DNA of 64,000 bases from the NCBI GenBank assembly GCA_965645245.1, contig OZ287069.1:1178001-1242000 (forward strand). The letters are read 5' to 3'. Of this stretch, positions 13,253 through 24,679 are shown in pieces. This DNA comes from Massalongia carnosa. Lineage: Eukaryota. The position numbers and the translations under genes were made by a program. Under the pieces are notes generated by a model. It did not search any database, was not told where the DNA came from, and was given only the letters and a program-made list of their open reading frames with translations. The stretch's first letter is position 1; the number at the start of each line of letters is the position of its first letter.

Positions 13253-15595
13253 TCAATAAATCCGTACTGAGTTCGGCGATGTAGAGCGGAGAGACGAGCC
13301 TCCAACTGGGTTGATTCCAGTATTGGTATGCCCCCTGACCCTGTAGTGGGCCCGTAAGGACCCAGCTCCGCTTCCATCGCCTGTTGCAGAATCATCATTA
13401 CTTCCCATAGGATCACGTCCATCGTGAGATGGCCCATAGACCTTTCCACGATGGGGACCTACGGGAGGGGCTTGCTTCCACCTTCGGCTAAGCTCTTGAT
13501 CGTCGTCAACAAGGACAACCATCCAGACACCAATCTGACCGTTGCTACCTAGTAACGGAGTGCAATGTATCCAGCGATTTCTACCTTCCTCATCGGCTTT
13601 TGCGATCCAGCGGACTTTGGCAGTAACACCACGACCTTCTGCGAGAGCCGCAGTCAACTCACCTTGAACTCGTGTAGAGCCACCAATTTTGTTCATAAAG
13701 GGTGATTGGAGAATTCCGGGAACACGGAGTGTTGGAGAAGCGAAAAGAATTCTTAGCGAAGGGTAAGGCCGAATGAGCAAATACTAGTCCTTGATTAGCT
13801 GATTTGCCTATTAGGACTTTTCTGAGCCCGAAACCTACATTCTGATAAATGCCGCCTAATCTTCCACTCCCTTGATCGCTCATGTTGTATATTCCGCTGG
13901 TAGTTGCAACGGGCTCCTTTAACAACAATCTGGGCATATGCTGTGGACCGTTGCGGGAGCTATCGTCCTCATCATCTTGATATTCCCTATGCATGCGGCC
14001 ACCCCATTTCCTGACTGTATCTAATTCTCCAATGTTCAACATTTCGCTGAGATCTTGAAACTCATCCCCTTTAAGTTGCGTATCAGCAGGAATGTGGCTA
14101 TCGTAAGGCTGCAGTTGGTTTTGGCGAAGAACTAATTTCTGCAAAGACTCCAGGTCTGTGCAATCCTTGACAAGACCACTAACGTCCACTTGAGCCCCAA
14201 TGTGATACCGTATTTTGCCGCGGCTGTCACATAGAGGGGCGATCATTAGCAAGTTCATGAAGGGTGATCCATCACGGCGACTGCTAGTCATTAGCTTTAG
14301 AAAGTTGACTACGAAGTAACTTCTCACTAATTAAGAAACACCTCGCAATGCTCTTTACCTGCTTGAACTGATTCACGCAGCCTTTTTACGCTTAAAGGAT
14401 TTGTTTTTGGACCTTGAAGAAAACGACAGTTTCGCCCAATAACATATCCTGTACCATACTGTGTTGTTCGGTGAAACTCTGAAGGTCACGAGATTAATAA
14501 ATTCCAAGCTCGGGATGAACCGATGCTTACCCTCCGAGGTGAAAACAATAGGATTATCAGGCCTGGAAGGATCTGTAAGGCAGAAAACTTCTGCAAGACC
14601 TTCAGATGCTTCCCGCAGGTGAGGAGCCAGCGTTCCCGTGACTCTTTGACATATACTTAGACTGACTATTTGGATGTAAAGTTGGGTAATATACGCTGGA
14701 AGATCATTTCTTACAAGAACATCGAAGGCTTGAGCAGCCTTCTCCTCAAGTGCGCTATTTGTAGTGGATTTGGCTGGATTGGAGGTGAAATCATGCCCAG
14801 CTATTGGACTCAATGCTTCGGCGATTGCATTAGCGTATCTGATAGCTTTTAGAGCCTTTAAGGCATCCAAGTAGTAAATCAAAAGAGGAACAGATTGCGG
14901 TCGGTGAGTGCTTAGAAAGGCTGTAAACCTAAGGAGCAACGATGGATCCGAAAATACTACCTCAAGGTGTTCGCGAGAGAAAAGGAGCTCTGAACGAGCC
15001 TCCAAGGAGAACGATTGATGACCATGGTCGGCAGCAGCGACAAGATCGAAAGAGCCTGCAAGATCGCCTGATAAGGGCCTCATTTGGTCTGACGTTTCTA
15101 AAGCAGACTTGGTCTGCAAGGCAGGAAGTTCTAATGAAGTTGCTTGTGTCTCATATGTCTCGTTTGAGAATGTGGCTGAGATAGGGGATGGGCTGCGGGA
15201 AGCATTTTGCTCGCACGAACCGGTTATAGGCCGGGCAGAGTTCTTACTATGATTGGAAATAATTTTAGTTCCACGAACTTCAATGTTCAATTTATGATAA
15301 CTAACCTTGGAACTGTAGAAGTATTCTTCCAAGGCGGATGGTTTAAACCTGGCATTGGAGGAGCTCCATTGGCATCACGTTGTGTAGAAGTAACGAGCTT
15401 CGGCGTGCTTGGCCTTCTACTTGGTGTCCAGTGATGCGCTGTTTGAAAGTCATGGACGTTTACAGGTATTTGACGATCCGAGATGTAAGAGTTATGTTCT
15501 TGATTATGAGGCGGAGTTTCATGTCTAGGAAGCCCTTCCGCTTGACGTATTGATTGCATTGATGGATACTGTCGAAGTAAGTGGTTGATCGGCAT
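13253..15595 (-). CDS. Fungal RGS-LOV-type blue-light photoreceptor; exons 15595-15306, 15246-14531, 14478-14328, 14280-13839, 13783-13253
   Basis: Four GT-AG introns join the ORFs in frame. LOV core FCLTDPSRPDNPIVFTSEEF...IGRNCRFLQGP...NYRRDGSPFMNLL...IGAQVDV, with the photoactive Cys in 14411-14437. RGS-like helical region upstream; C-terminal PAS-like/DUF region. Start codon uncertain. Confidence 0.88.
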
Positions 15596-16245
15596 GATCA
15601 CGAATTCATTGAATAGAAAAGAGGTGAGTTAGGATTAGGGGCTAGCAAACACAACGGAAGACAACGAGCAACGTTGAAATATCAACATATTACAATGGTT
15701 TAATTAAGTACAAACTCAATTTTAGGGAATACACCTTCCTGCTCAATCGTACAAGCCATTATAAGTAAATTTGGATCGTTAGCCCGGGCCGCCATGTCAC
15801 TTTAAAGCATAGCTTGTGACAACGTACAAGGAAGCAGACATTAGTTTCGATAGAGGGCACCCGTTAGTTTCGATAGAGAGCACCCGACGATGATAATTGT
15901 CTATTGGAGCACTTTCATATCTAAAGTAGCTCACACTCGATGATTGTTAAGTTTTTTTTCATTGTAGTCAAGGATCACAACATAGAAAGCAATATATTAA
16001 GTTGTGCTTATGCAGCTCACGTAGAATAAAAAATATAGATATGTAGTCACTGGAGAAACCATGTTGCTGCTCAAGTATGACTTGTCAAACTAATATAGTG
16101 TTGCGCCACGAGCTAAAGCGGGATCCCGAAGCCGCCTTTCCCCTTTCCCGGAATTACATATTTAATCTAGCCAAGGAAAGGGAAAGACAAGTCTTTGTAC
16201 TCGGTATATACAATGCATCCTGATCCTAAAAAAAATAAGCAAGTC

Positions 16246-16610
16246 TGTCACAGTTAAATTTTACTTCTACTCATCTGACCTGTTAAAAATCCGACTTTGA
16301 TAATCATGCTTGATATATTTCGATTCGCGACGTTACGATCCGTCTTCGGATACCGTAACGAGCTTAATTAGGCCTAGCGCCAGATGTTAGCCTAACAAGC
16401 TATCGAAGACACAACTACTCTGACATCGAGCACAGAACGAGTCGAGAACATACGATTCGATAAATAAGCGATAAAAACACGAAAAGAATAAAACGAAGAA
16501 TTTTATTGAATATTATAAACACATCAACGTTGATTGAAAAAAACTATAATTTAATCGTCGGCCTCGCTTAGCTGCCTCCATGCGAGGTGTACCACCTCAC
16601 GCGCGTGACA
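16246..16610. mobile_element. Possible solo LTR without matching TSD
   Basis: TGTCAC...GTGACA inverted ends, 365 bp; flanks AAGTC and GAAAC differ. Confidence 0.35.
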
Positions 16611-17860
16611 GAAACAGGCGGACATCAAAATAAGCGAATATCATCAAATTTGAACTTACTACCATCTATAAAATAATTACCATCTAGTCATCTTGCCATT
16701 CATGTCTAAAACGTCATCTATTCTTTTAGGCATTGGTTCGATCCATTCATTGATCGTTTCCTGAGAAAGACTGACCCAACCCGCCTTAATTGCAGCTATT
16801 GTGGTGTCATCATCCCAATGAGGTTGACGACCTACCCGTTGTTTGGGCACCTGCCAGCAATTTTCGATAGGAGAGAGATCAGGAGAACGAGGGCAGTTGA
16901 AGTAGTATTTTAGCCCATGATCGTCCTTCCCCGATCCATGTCCTGAATCGCCATCTTCTTCCAACACGAAATTCGGGTCTGTTTCGAGCCATGTTTTTAC
17001 TACCGGTTCCAGAACGAAGTCAATATACACCATCTGACTCATCTTTCCATTCGAATTGCCGGGAACCTCATAAAAAATCAGCTTTGATTTGAAGTTCCAC
17101 CCCACAGCAGCCCAACAATGATATCGTTTCTGTTTTTTGTCCTTCTCTTCAGGCTCATGTTGTTCCTGAATGCAATCCTGACACGTACGCTCGCCAGGTT
17201 TTCGAATGATGCGTAGTCTTCGTTGAGGTCCTCGTCCGAAATGAACTTCATCGGAAAAGCGAACTCTTTTCCAATCATTCAACAAGTATGTGTTTCGTTT
17301 GTTCCAAGCCCAGTCCTTTCGTGCAATCATCAAATCTTTCGGGACGTAGGTTTTTGTGCGTGCGAGACATTTACGATAGTTTCGTTCATGCATCGCTCGT
17401 TGTATAGTACGCCAGGAGACGGAGGAAGTCTCAGCAGCTGCACCCAGTTGATTCCAGGTCAGTGATCTTCCCTCCAAGCCCCAGGTTTGCAATATTTCAT
17501 CCATACGATCTATCTGCTTCTTTGACAATTTGCGAGGCTGACCACGAGTCTCCCATTTGTTTGTATGATCATGCCGTCGATTAGTTTCTTGATCGTTGAG
17601 TATTTCATAACCTCGAGTATGTCCCACGCCGAAAAACTCGAAAACCTCTCGCTTTGAACGCAAAATCCCTTTCGCCTTGGTAGGAGTGGTATGCTCAGTA
17701 TTTATAGTGATTCGTGACTCTAGAACAGGCTCCATTGCTTATAAAGAATTGATAAATGTGTGTATGTACGATGTAAAAATTAAAAAACTAAGGTGTGGGT
17801 GGTGTGGGGAAATTTTGGTGACCGCTTTCCCCGACCGAGATGCTTAAGGACAGAACTCTA
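16611..17860 (-). mobile_element. Tc1/mariner DNA transposon, one terminus visible
   Basis: Transposase ORF; probable TIR ...GAGATGCTTAAGGACAGAACTCT(A) followed by TA at 17861-17862; no inverted copy found at the other end. Confidence 0.7.
16677..17735 (-). CDS. Tc1-like DDE transposase
   Basis: FSDEVHF, LEEDGDSGHG and SPDLSPIENCW catalytic motifs; N-terminal HTH-like region. Confidence 0.88.
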   Translation of the reverse strand: MEPVLESRITINTEHTTPTKAKGILRSKREVFEFFGVGHTRGYEILNDQETNRRHDHTNKWETRGQPRKLSKKQIDRMDEILQTWGLEGRSLTWNQLGAAAETSSVSWRTIQRAMHERNYRKCLARTKTYVPKDLMIARKDWAWNKRNTYLLNDWKRVRFSDEVHFGRGPQRRLRIIRKPGERTCQDCIQEQHEPEEKDKKQKRYHCWAAVGWNFKSKLIFYEVPGNSNGKMSQMVYIDFVLEPVVKTWLETDPNFVLEEDGDSGHGSGKDDHGLKYYFNCPRSPDLSPIENCWQVPKQRVGRQPHWDDDTTIAAIKAGWVSLSQETINEWIEPMPKRIDDVLDMNGKMTRW

Positions 17861-18137
17861 TACTTGTCAGCGCGAGATGCTTCTGCTAAGCGATACCTCC
17901 CGACACGCTAAATGTTTTAGGTATCGCGTTAGCCTTAGTGGGGAGCTAACCGCATTCAGGTAAGGAAATGGGTTCCGGGAGTTATATGGAAGATCTTTGC
18001 AGCAATTGATGCTTTCTTCCTTGTGTTCGTCTTGTCTATCTAGTATAGTCATAGCTAGCAATGCCACTACCTTCACCACCTGAATAGGCCCCCCCGTTGC
18101 CGCCTCGTCACATTACGAACACCTCACCCGTGTTCAG

Positions 18138-19418
18138 GTGGTGCTCCGTTCCTCGTTTCTCATTCACCTCTTTAGTATAGCTTCCAGTTCCTCGTCCAAG
18201 ATAGCCACGCCCCGTTCCGAATCAAGTCCTGGCCTTTCTCCCCCAAGCTTCGATGACGAGGATTGTCTCGCCCCTCATGTTGCATCTATTGAGGCCTGGA
18301 GTCAATCGGTCCAAAAATTCCCTCATGAATGGTATCATCAAGCCATTCAGTCCGCCAACCGATCAGCGACCCTTCAGGGCTTTCTAACGGAAAAATCAAA
18401 TCAGTATGACTTTCTGGAAGCTGGAGCATAATAATATCCGTAGCCAGTTGCAGACCTCCAATAACGAGAACATCGCCTCTCGAGCCACCATCGCCAGCCT
18501 CCGTCAGCAGATCAGTGACCATCATCATCAACCCGCCGCCCAGCGCGAGGCGCGCTCAGAGAAATTGCCGGACATCCCGAAGTTTTCGGGCAAGAAGGAC
18601 GAATTGCGCGAGTGGGTCACCCAGCTTAACATGAAGCTCTTTGTGAATCAAGACCGTTTCACGAATCCCAAAGCCGGCCTTCTGTACGCCATCAGCCGCT
18701 TAGAGGGTCGTGCCATGGCGCAAGTGCAACCCTACGTCAAGTCTCACAACGAAGTGAGTATCCCCGATGTGGTAGGGTTATTGGCTATGTTGGAGAGGGC
18801 CTTTGGGGACCCGGACAAAAAGGCCACGGCACAGCGGGAACTGCGGTCTCTGCGCCAGGCCAACAAGAATTCCATGTCTACCTCTCGGACTTCCAGCGTA
18901 TTGCCCCGGATACCAATTTCGACGAGGAGGCAATGCGCTCGGCTCTGCTGGAAGGCATCAGTGACGAGCTGAAGCAGCTCATGGTTACCCAAATCACTCC
19001 CGAGGACCTCGACGAACTGGTCACTCTCCAAAGGCTAGACACCCGCCAACGGAATGTCAATGCTTCCCTCCGGAAGCCATACTCCCCCCGGTCCGCCCCA
19101 CCTTCTTCTGGTGTGGGGACCCCCCCTAATAACCCCCTGTCGGGAGGAGTCGCCCTCCCCCGATCGGTCTCTTCTTCCGCCGCCTCCCGGTCTCCCCTTC
19201 CGGCCGCCGAGCCAATGGACCTCTCCGCCACACACAGAGGTAAGTTACCTCAAGCAGAAGTCACCCGTCGGATGAACGAAGGGTTGTGCCGCTACTGTGG
19301 GGGGTCAGGACATTTTGCGGCCGTCTGCCCTCGAAAGGGAGAAACCAAGCCGCGAACCTCTCGGCTGAACGAGTCCTCTCTAGCTGAGGTCTCGGAAAAC
19401 GCTTCGTCTTCGGGCTAA
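18138..19418 (+). pseudogene. gag: G1 gag, frameshifted
   Basis: Three fragments in different frames; PMDLS and CRYCGGSGHFAAVC zinc knuckle. Confidence 0.88.
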
Positions 19419-22400
19419 GTCGCCCCTGAAGACGTTCAGAAGGGGTCCCTGTGTCGATTTCAGCCTTTTCTCTCTCAGAAGATTCGTTAGACGGTAGACA
19501 TTGTGTCATATCTATAGCACTCTCTGTGGAAAATCGGGTTATACACACCCATGCTTTGATTGATTGCGGTGCCTCGGGCTACGGATTCATTGATTCATCC
19601 TTCGCGCGAAACAATTCCCTGCCTTTCACCCCTCTTGTCCGTCCTCGTATCTTCGAAGTAGTCGATGGTCGCCCCGCGGCGGCCGGAAAACTCACTCATC
19701 TGATCAAGTCAAGGATGCGAATAAACCGTCATTCCGAGCAATGCTCGTTCTTAGTTACCCAACTGGGTCATTATCCTGTCGTCCTGGGAGTCAAGTGGCT
19801 TCAAATTCATGACCCCTCCGTCAGCTGGACTGAAAATACCCTGACCTTCTCGTCCACGTACTGTTTCCAGGAGTGTTTAGAGAATAAACACGTCCCTCTT
19901 GTCATTTCTGGCTTTCCTGATCCATCTGAAGGGACTCCTGAGTCCGCTTCGTCTCTGTCCTTGAAAACCGTCGAATCACGCAAGAACGAGGTCTCTTGTA
20001 TGAAAACTCCTGAAACCCTGAAAGTCAGTGAGAACAAGGTCTCTCGCTCGACTCCTAGAACTCTCGAAGTCAGTGTATTAAACGCTCCTTCAAGTCCTGA
20101 ATCCCGAACACTTCTTGAACCACAGATCTGGAACGCACGACCAATGACGGTCTGCACGGAATCTCCCGATCCCTCACCTATGAGCATTTACATGGTTGGA
20201 GCCGCTCCATTCTCGACCCTGATGAAGGACCGGAAGAACGAAATCTTCACCGCTTCCATGTATGAAATTGACAAAGCCCTTGAACAACTCAGAAATCCGA
20301 GAGAGAAATTCAATCTCTCCGCCTCGTCCCTCGAAGATATCGCCAAGTCCTTGAAGCCCAAGAAAATCATCGATCCCGCCAGTATAGTGCCCGTGGAATT
20401 TCACGATCTTCTAGACGTCTTCTCCAAGCAAGAAGCCGATAAACTACCCCCGCACCGCTCCTACGATCATAAAATCGTTCTCAAGGAAGGAGCCATACCC
20501 TCGTCAGGCCCGCTGTACAAGATGTCAGCTCCTGAACTACTAGTCTTGCAGAAATACTTGAAAGAAAACCTAGCCAAAGGATTTATTCGTGCCAGCTCCT
20601 CGCCCTGCTCCTCGTTCGTGTTATTCGCCCGAAAACCGTCGAGAGGACTGCGTTTCTGTGTAGACTATCGAGCTCTGAACGCGATCACGATCAAGAATCG
20701 CTATCCAATAACACTGATTCAAGAAACACTAGATCGTCTTGCCAAGGCCATGATTTTCTCTAAGTTTGACATCATCGCGGCTTTCAACAAGCTACGAATG
20801 CAGAGCGGGCAAGAATGGATGACCGCTTTCAAGACCAGGTACGGTCTCTTCGAATATGAAGTATTGCCTTTCGGACTTTCAGGGGGGCCCGGCTCCTTTC
20901 AGCACTATATCAACGACGTTCTTCGAGAATATTTAGATGCCTTTTGCACCGCCTACATCGACAACATTCTTGTATACAGTAAATCAAAGAAGGAACACAA
21001 GATTCACGTAAGAAAAGTTCTTGAAGCTCTGAGATCCGCAGGTCTGCAACTGGACATAGAAAAGTGTGAATTCTTCGTCACGGAAACCACTTACCTGGGA
21101 CTTATCATTTCGGAAAAAGGAATCAAGATGAACCCACGAAAAGTTCAGACGATCAAGGACTGGATAACACCCAAGAACATTAAGGATATTCTAGCTTTCG
21201 TGGGCTTCGCAAACTTCTACAGACGCTTCGTCAAGGGTTTCTCAGCCATTGCCTCGCCCCTGATCAAACTGACGAAAAAGGGGACCGTGTTCTCTTGGAA
21301 CTCCGAGTGTGAGGCCGCGTTTCAAAGGCTAAAAAATGCTTTTGTTAGCGATCTCATTCTGATGCAAAAGAAATCGTGGTAGAAGCTGACGCTTCCGACT
21401 GGGTAGTGGGGGGTGTACTCTCACAGTACGATGACGAGGGAGTTCTACGCCCTGTAGCCTTCTTCACGAAAAAACACGCCCCCGCGGAAATCAATCACGA
21501 GATCTATGACAAGGAACTCATGGCCATCATTCGAGCTTTCGAGGAATGGAGATCCGAGCTCGAAGGAGCCGCCTTTCCCATTCAAGTCATTTCTGATCAT
21601 AAGAATCTCGAATACTTCATGACAACGAAACAGCTCAGTCGTCGTCAAGCACACTGGTCCGAGTATCTCTCCCGCTTCGATTTCTAGATCATGTACCGCC
21701 TAGGGATAAGCGGTGGAAAACCTGACGCCCTGACTAGAAGGTCTCAAGACCTAACGAAGGGGGAGGATGATCCACGGATAAAAATTCAACATCAAGTGGT
21801 CTTGAAATCTCGAAATCTTGAACTTCTAGCGAACGGATTAGCAGATGAACCTCTCGAAGAAAATGTTGAAGCCTCGGAACAAAGTGAACCTCTGGAAATC
21901 GCCTCAGATCAGGATGAAATCAAGACCTTGGAAGAATTATGGCAAGAAGCATTGGAAAAGGACCTCTTTCCGATGAGAATTCTGGAATTATTACGATCAG
22001 GTGCTAGACACTCCAAGGAAATCTCGCTGGCAGAGTGCACAGAGATGGATGGCCGACTGCACTATCGAGGAAAGATATACGTTCCGGACTCACACGCCCT
22101 GAAAATGAGACTTTGCAAGTCCGTTCACGATAGCCCTGTAGCCGGTCATCCCGGTCGAGCCAAGACCTTTGATCTTCCGCAACGTCACTATTACTGGCCA
22201 CGATTCTATCAGTTCGTAGCAAGGTACGTGCAACATTGTCAAGTTTGTGCAAGAAGCAAGCCCCCTCTCGTCAAGGAAAAATGGAAGTCTTGAAACCATT
22301 ACCCGTCCCGGAGCGCCGCTGGCAAGATATTTCGATGGACTTCGTGACTGGGCTTCCAGAAAGTAGTGGGTTCGACGCCATATTAGTGGTGGTCGATCGT

Positions 22401-23366
22401 CTATCGAAACGACGGCACTTCTCTCCATGCCTCACCACGATCAATGCTCAGGAACTGGCTGAACTCTTTCTTCGAGATATTTGGAAACTACACGGGTTGC
22501 CGAGCACCGTAGTATCGGATCGTGGAGTGCTCTTTGTATCGGAATTTTGGAAAAAGCTCTGTCAACTACTGGGTATCAAGAGCCTGTTATCAACGGCCTT
22601 CCATCCAGAAACGGACGGTCAAACCGAGCGAGTAAACGCCTCCATGGAACAATACCTTCGAAGCTACACGGACTATCTTCAAGACGATTGGGCAAGTTGG
22701 CTACCCATGGCAGAACTCACAGGGAACAATGTAGTGTCCGAGATGACTGGGTGCAGCCCATTCCTAGCCGAGATGGGATTTGAATCGATTGAGCCATCTC
22801 GATCCCCAGCCAGTCTAAACGCAGGGGAGTTCGCCAAGAAGATGCAAGCTATCTCGTCCGTGCTACAGGAAGAGATGAAGTTCGCGCAAGCCAGGTACGA
22901 GACTGGAGCCAATGAACATCGTGTACCAGCACCAAGTTACCAAGCAGGAGACGAAGTATGGTTGAGTACTAAGAACATCCGTACTCAAAGACCTGCTCGA
23001 AAGCTCGACTGGAAAAATCTGGGTCCATTCAAGATATCTAAGGTGATAAGCAAATACGCGTATCAACTCGAGCTGCCCCCCGGCATGAAAATTCATCCTG
23101 TGTTCCACGTATCACTTCTCTCGCCCGTGCCGCAACAACCTCATCCCGATCACATTCCCCCTCCCGCACCACCTGTTGAAGTCGAAGGCGAAGAAGAATA
23201 CGAGGTTGAAGAAATTCTCGACTCCAAGAAATTCCGAAACCGCCTAAAGTATCTGGTGCAATGGACGGGCTGGAACGACCCCACCTAGGAGTATGCTTAG
23301 TATGTTACTAACGCCAAGGAAAGGGTAGCAGAATTTCATCAACGATACCCAGCCAAGCCACGATAG
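19394..23366 (+). pseudogene. pol: G1 pol, disrupted
   Basis: LIDCGAS protease; RT motif mutated to YIDN; RNase H EADAS; integrase HPETDGQTER; chromodomain YEVEEILDS. Frameshifts near 21370 and 22260; TAG stops at 21685 and 23286. Confidence 0.92.
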
Positions 23367-24340
23367 CTCACACCGTCCTGAAGCTATAAAGCCTGCGTGG
23401 AAGCAGGCCTTGAAGGGGAGCTACTGTCATGGAGTAAGCTTCTGCTAAGCGATACCTCCCGACACGTTAAATGTTTTAGGTATCGCGTTAGCCTTAGTGG
23501 GGAGCTAACCGCATTCAGGTAAGGAAATGGGTTCCGGGAGTTATATGGAAGATCTTTGCAGCAATTGATGCTTTCTTCCTTGTGTTCGTCTTGTCTATCT
23601 AGTATAGTCATAGCTAGCAATGCCACCACCTTCACCACCTGAATAGGCCCCCCCGTTGCCGCCTCGTCACAATACTAGTAAACAGCTATTTTACTATTCA
23701 TCTAGGGTGCGTACAAGCTAACCGTGCGACCGAGGTAAATCCGATGGACCGCACCCGGAGCTACGCTCCAGGTGCGGCTCACCTCTATGACGCTATCATC
23801 TCCATGACGCATTTTTAAAAAATTTCTATCATCTATCATCAACCATTTATTATTCAACCAAATCATGTCTGATTCGTACAATAAACGAGAGGCTAATATT
23901 GCAAAGGCCTTAGATGCATTTGCAAAGAACACATATAAATCAGCCGCAGCCTATGCCAAAGAATTCGATATTTTACCTTGTCTATTTCAAAGAAGACTAC
24001 ATGGATATAGTAAGCGAAAAGCAGTCAATATAAGGCTGTCTGCTGCACTAGAACTAGCCCTGAAGGAATATATTGAATTTTTTGATGATATTGAATTATC
24101 AATAAGATTGCCATTGATTCGCGGTGCGACTAATTATTTGTTGCAATTGCAACATCCTTCCTCGTCTTCAACTTCTCTCACCCGCGTAGGAAAATGCTGG
24201 ACCGGACGATTCTTGAAAAGAAATCCCCAATTTTTCATGCAAAAAGGCAAGCCATTAGCAGCCGAAAGGAAAAACGCTCACAATGTTACGGATATTTGAA
24301 CTTATTTCTCTTCATTTCAATCGACTGTAGCCCTTCTTGA

Positions 24341-24459
24341 TGTCGGAATACTCGCTTAGCCCCATTAGATCTAGCTCAGCCCTGCAGGCTGCCATGACTG
24401 CTATAAGCAATCAACTCCGTAGTAATTTCAACATTATACCGTCAACTGTTTATTTAACA
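24341..24459. mobile_element. 119-bp solo LTR
   Basis: TGTCGG...TTAACA, TSD CTTGA; removing it restores the transposase frame (ALLDITPDDI). Confidence 0.85.
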
Positions 24460-24679
24460 CTTGATATAACTCCAGATGATATATAGAATATGGATAAGAT
24501 AGGCTTTCGAGTTGGCTGTGGGGTAACCCATTTGGTGGTGACACTATCATCACATAAACGAATTATGATCGCTGATCCAGAAAATCGAGACTATATAACT
24601 TCAGTCGAATGCATCAATGGAGTTGGCGGAAGCGTTCTATCCTTTTTGATTTTGAAAGGGGTCAACATACTTCACAAAT

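Larger units (their letters stand above)
17865..23671 (+). mobile_element. Ty3/gypsy chromovirus, degenerate (element G1); LTRs 17865-18112 and 23425-23671
   Basis: TG...CA LTRs of 248 and 247 bp; TSD ATACT; PPT GAAGGGGAGCTAC; order gag-PR-RT-RH-IN-chromodomain. Confidence 0.97.

Noticed and set aside
17867..18079. Duplicated small proteins (also 23384-23638, 23702-23932 with 26263-26451, and 39888-40073)
   Set aside because: Chance ORFs inside LTRs and TIRs.
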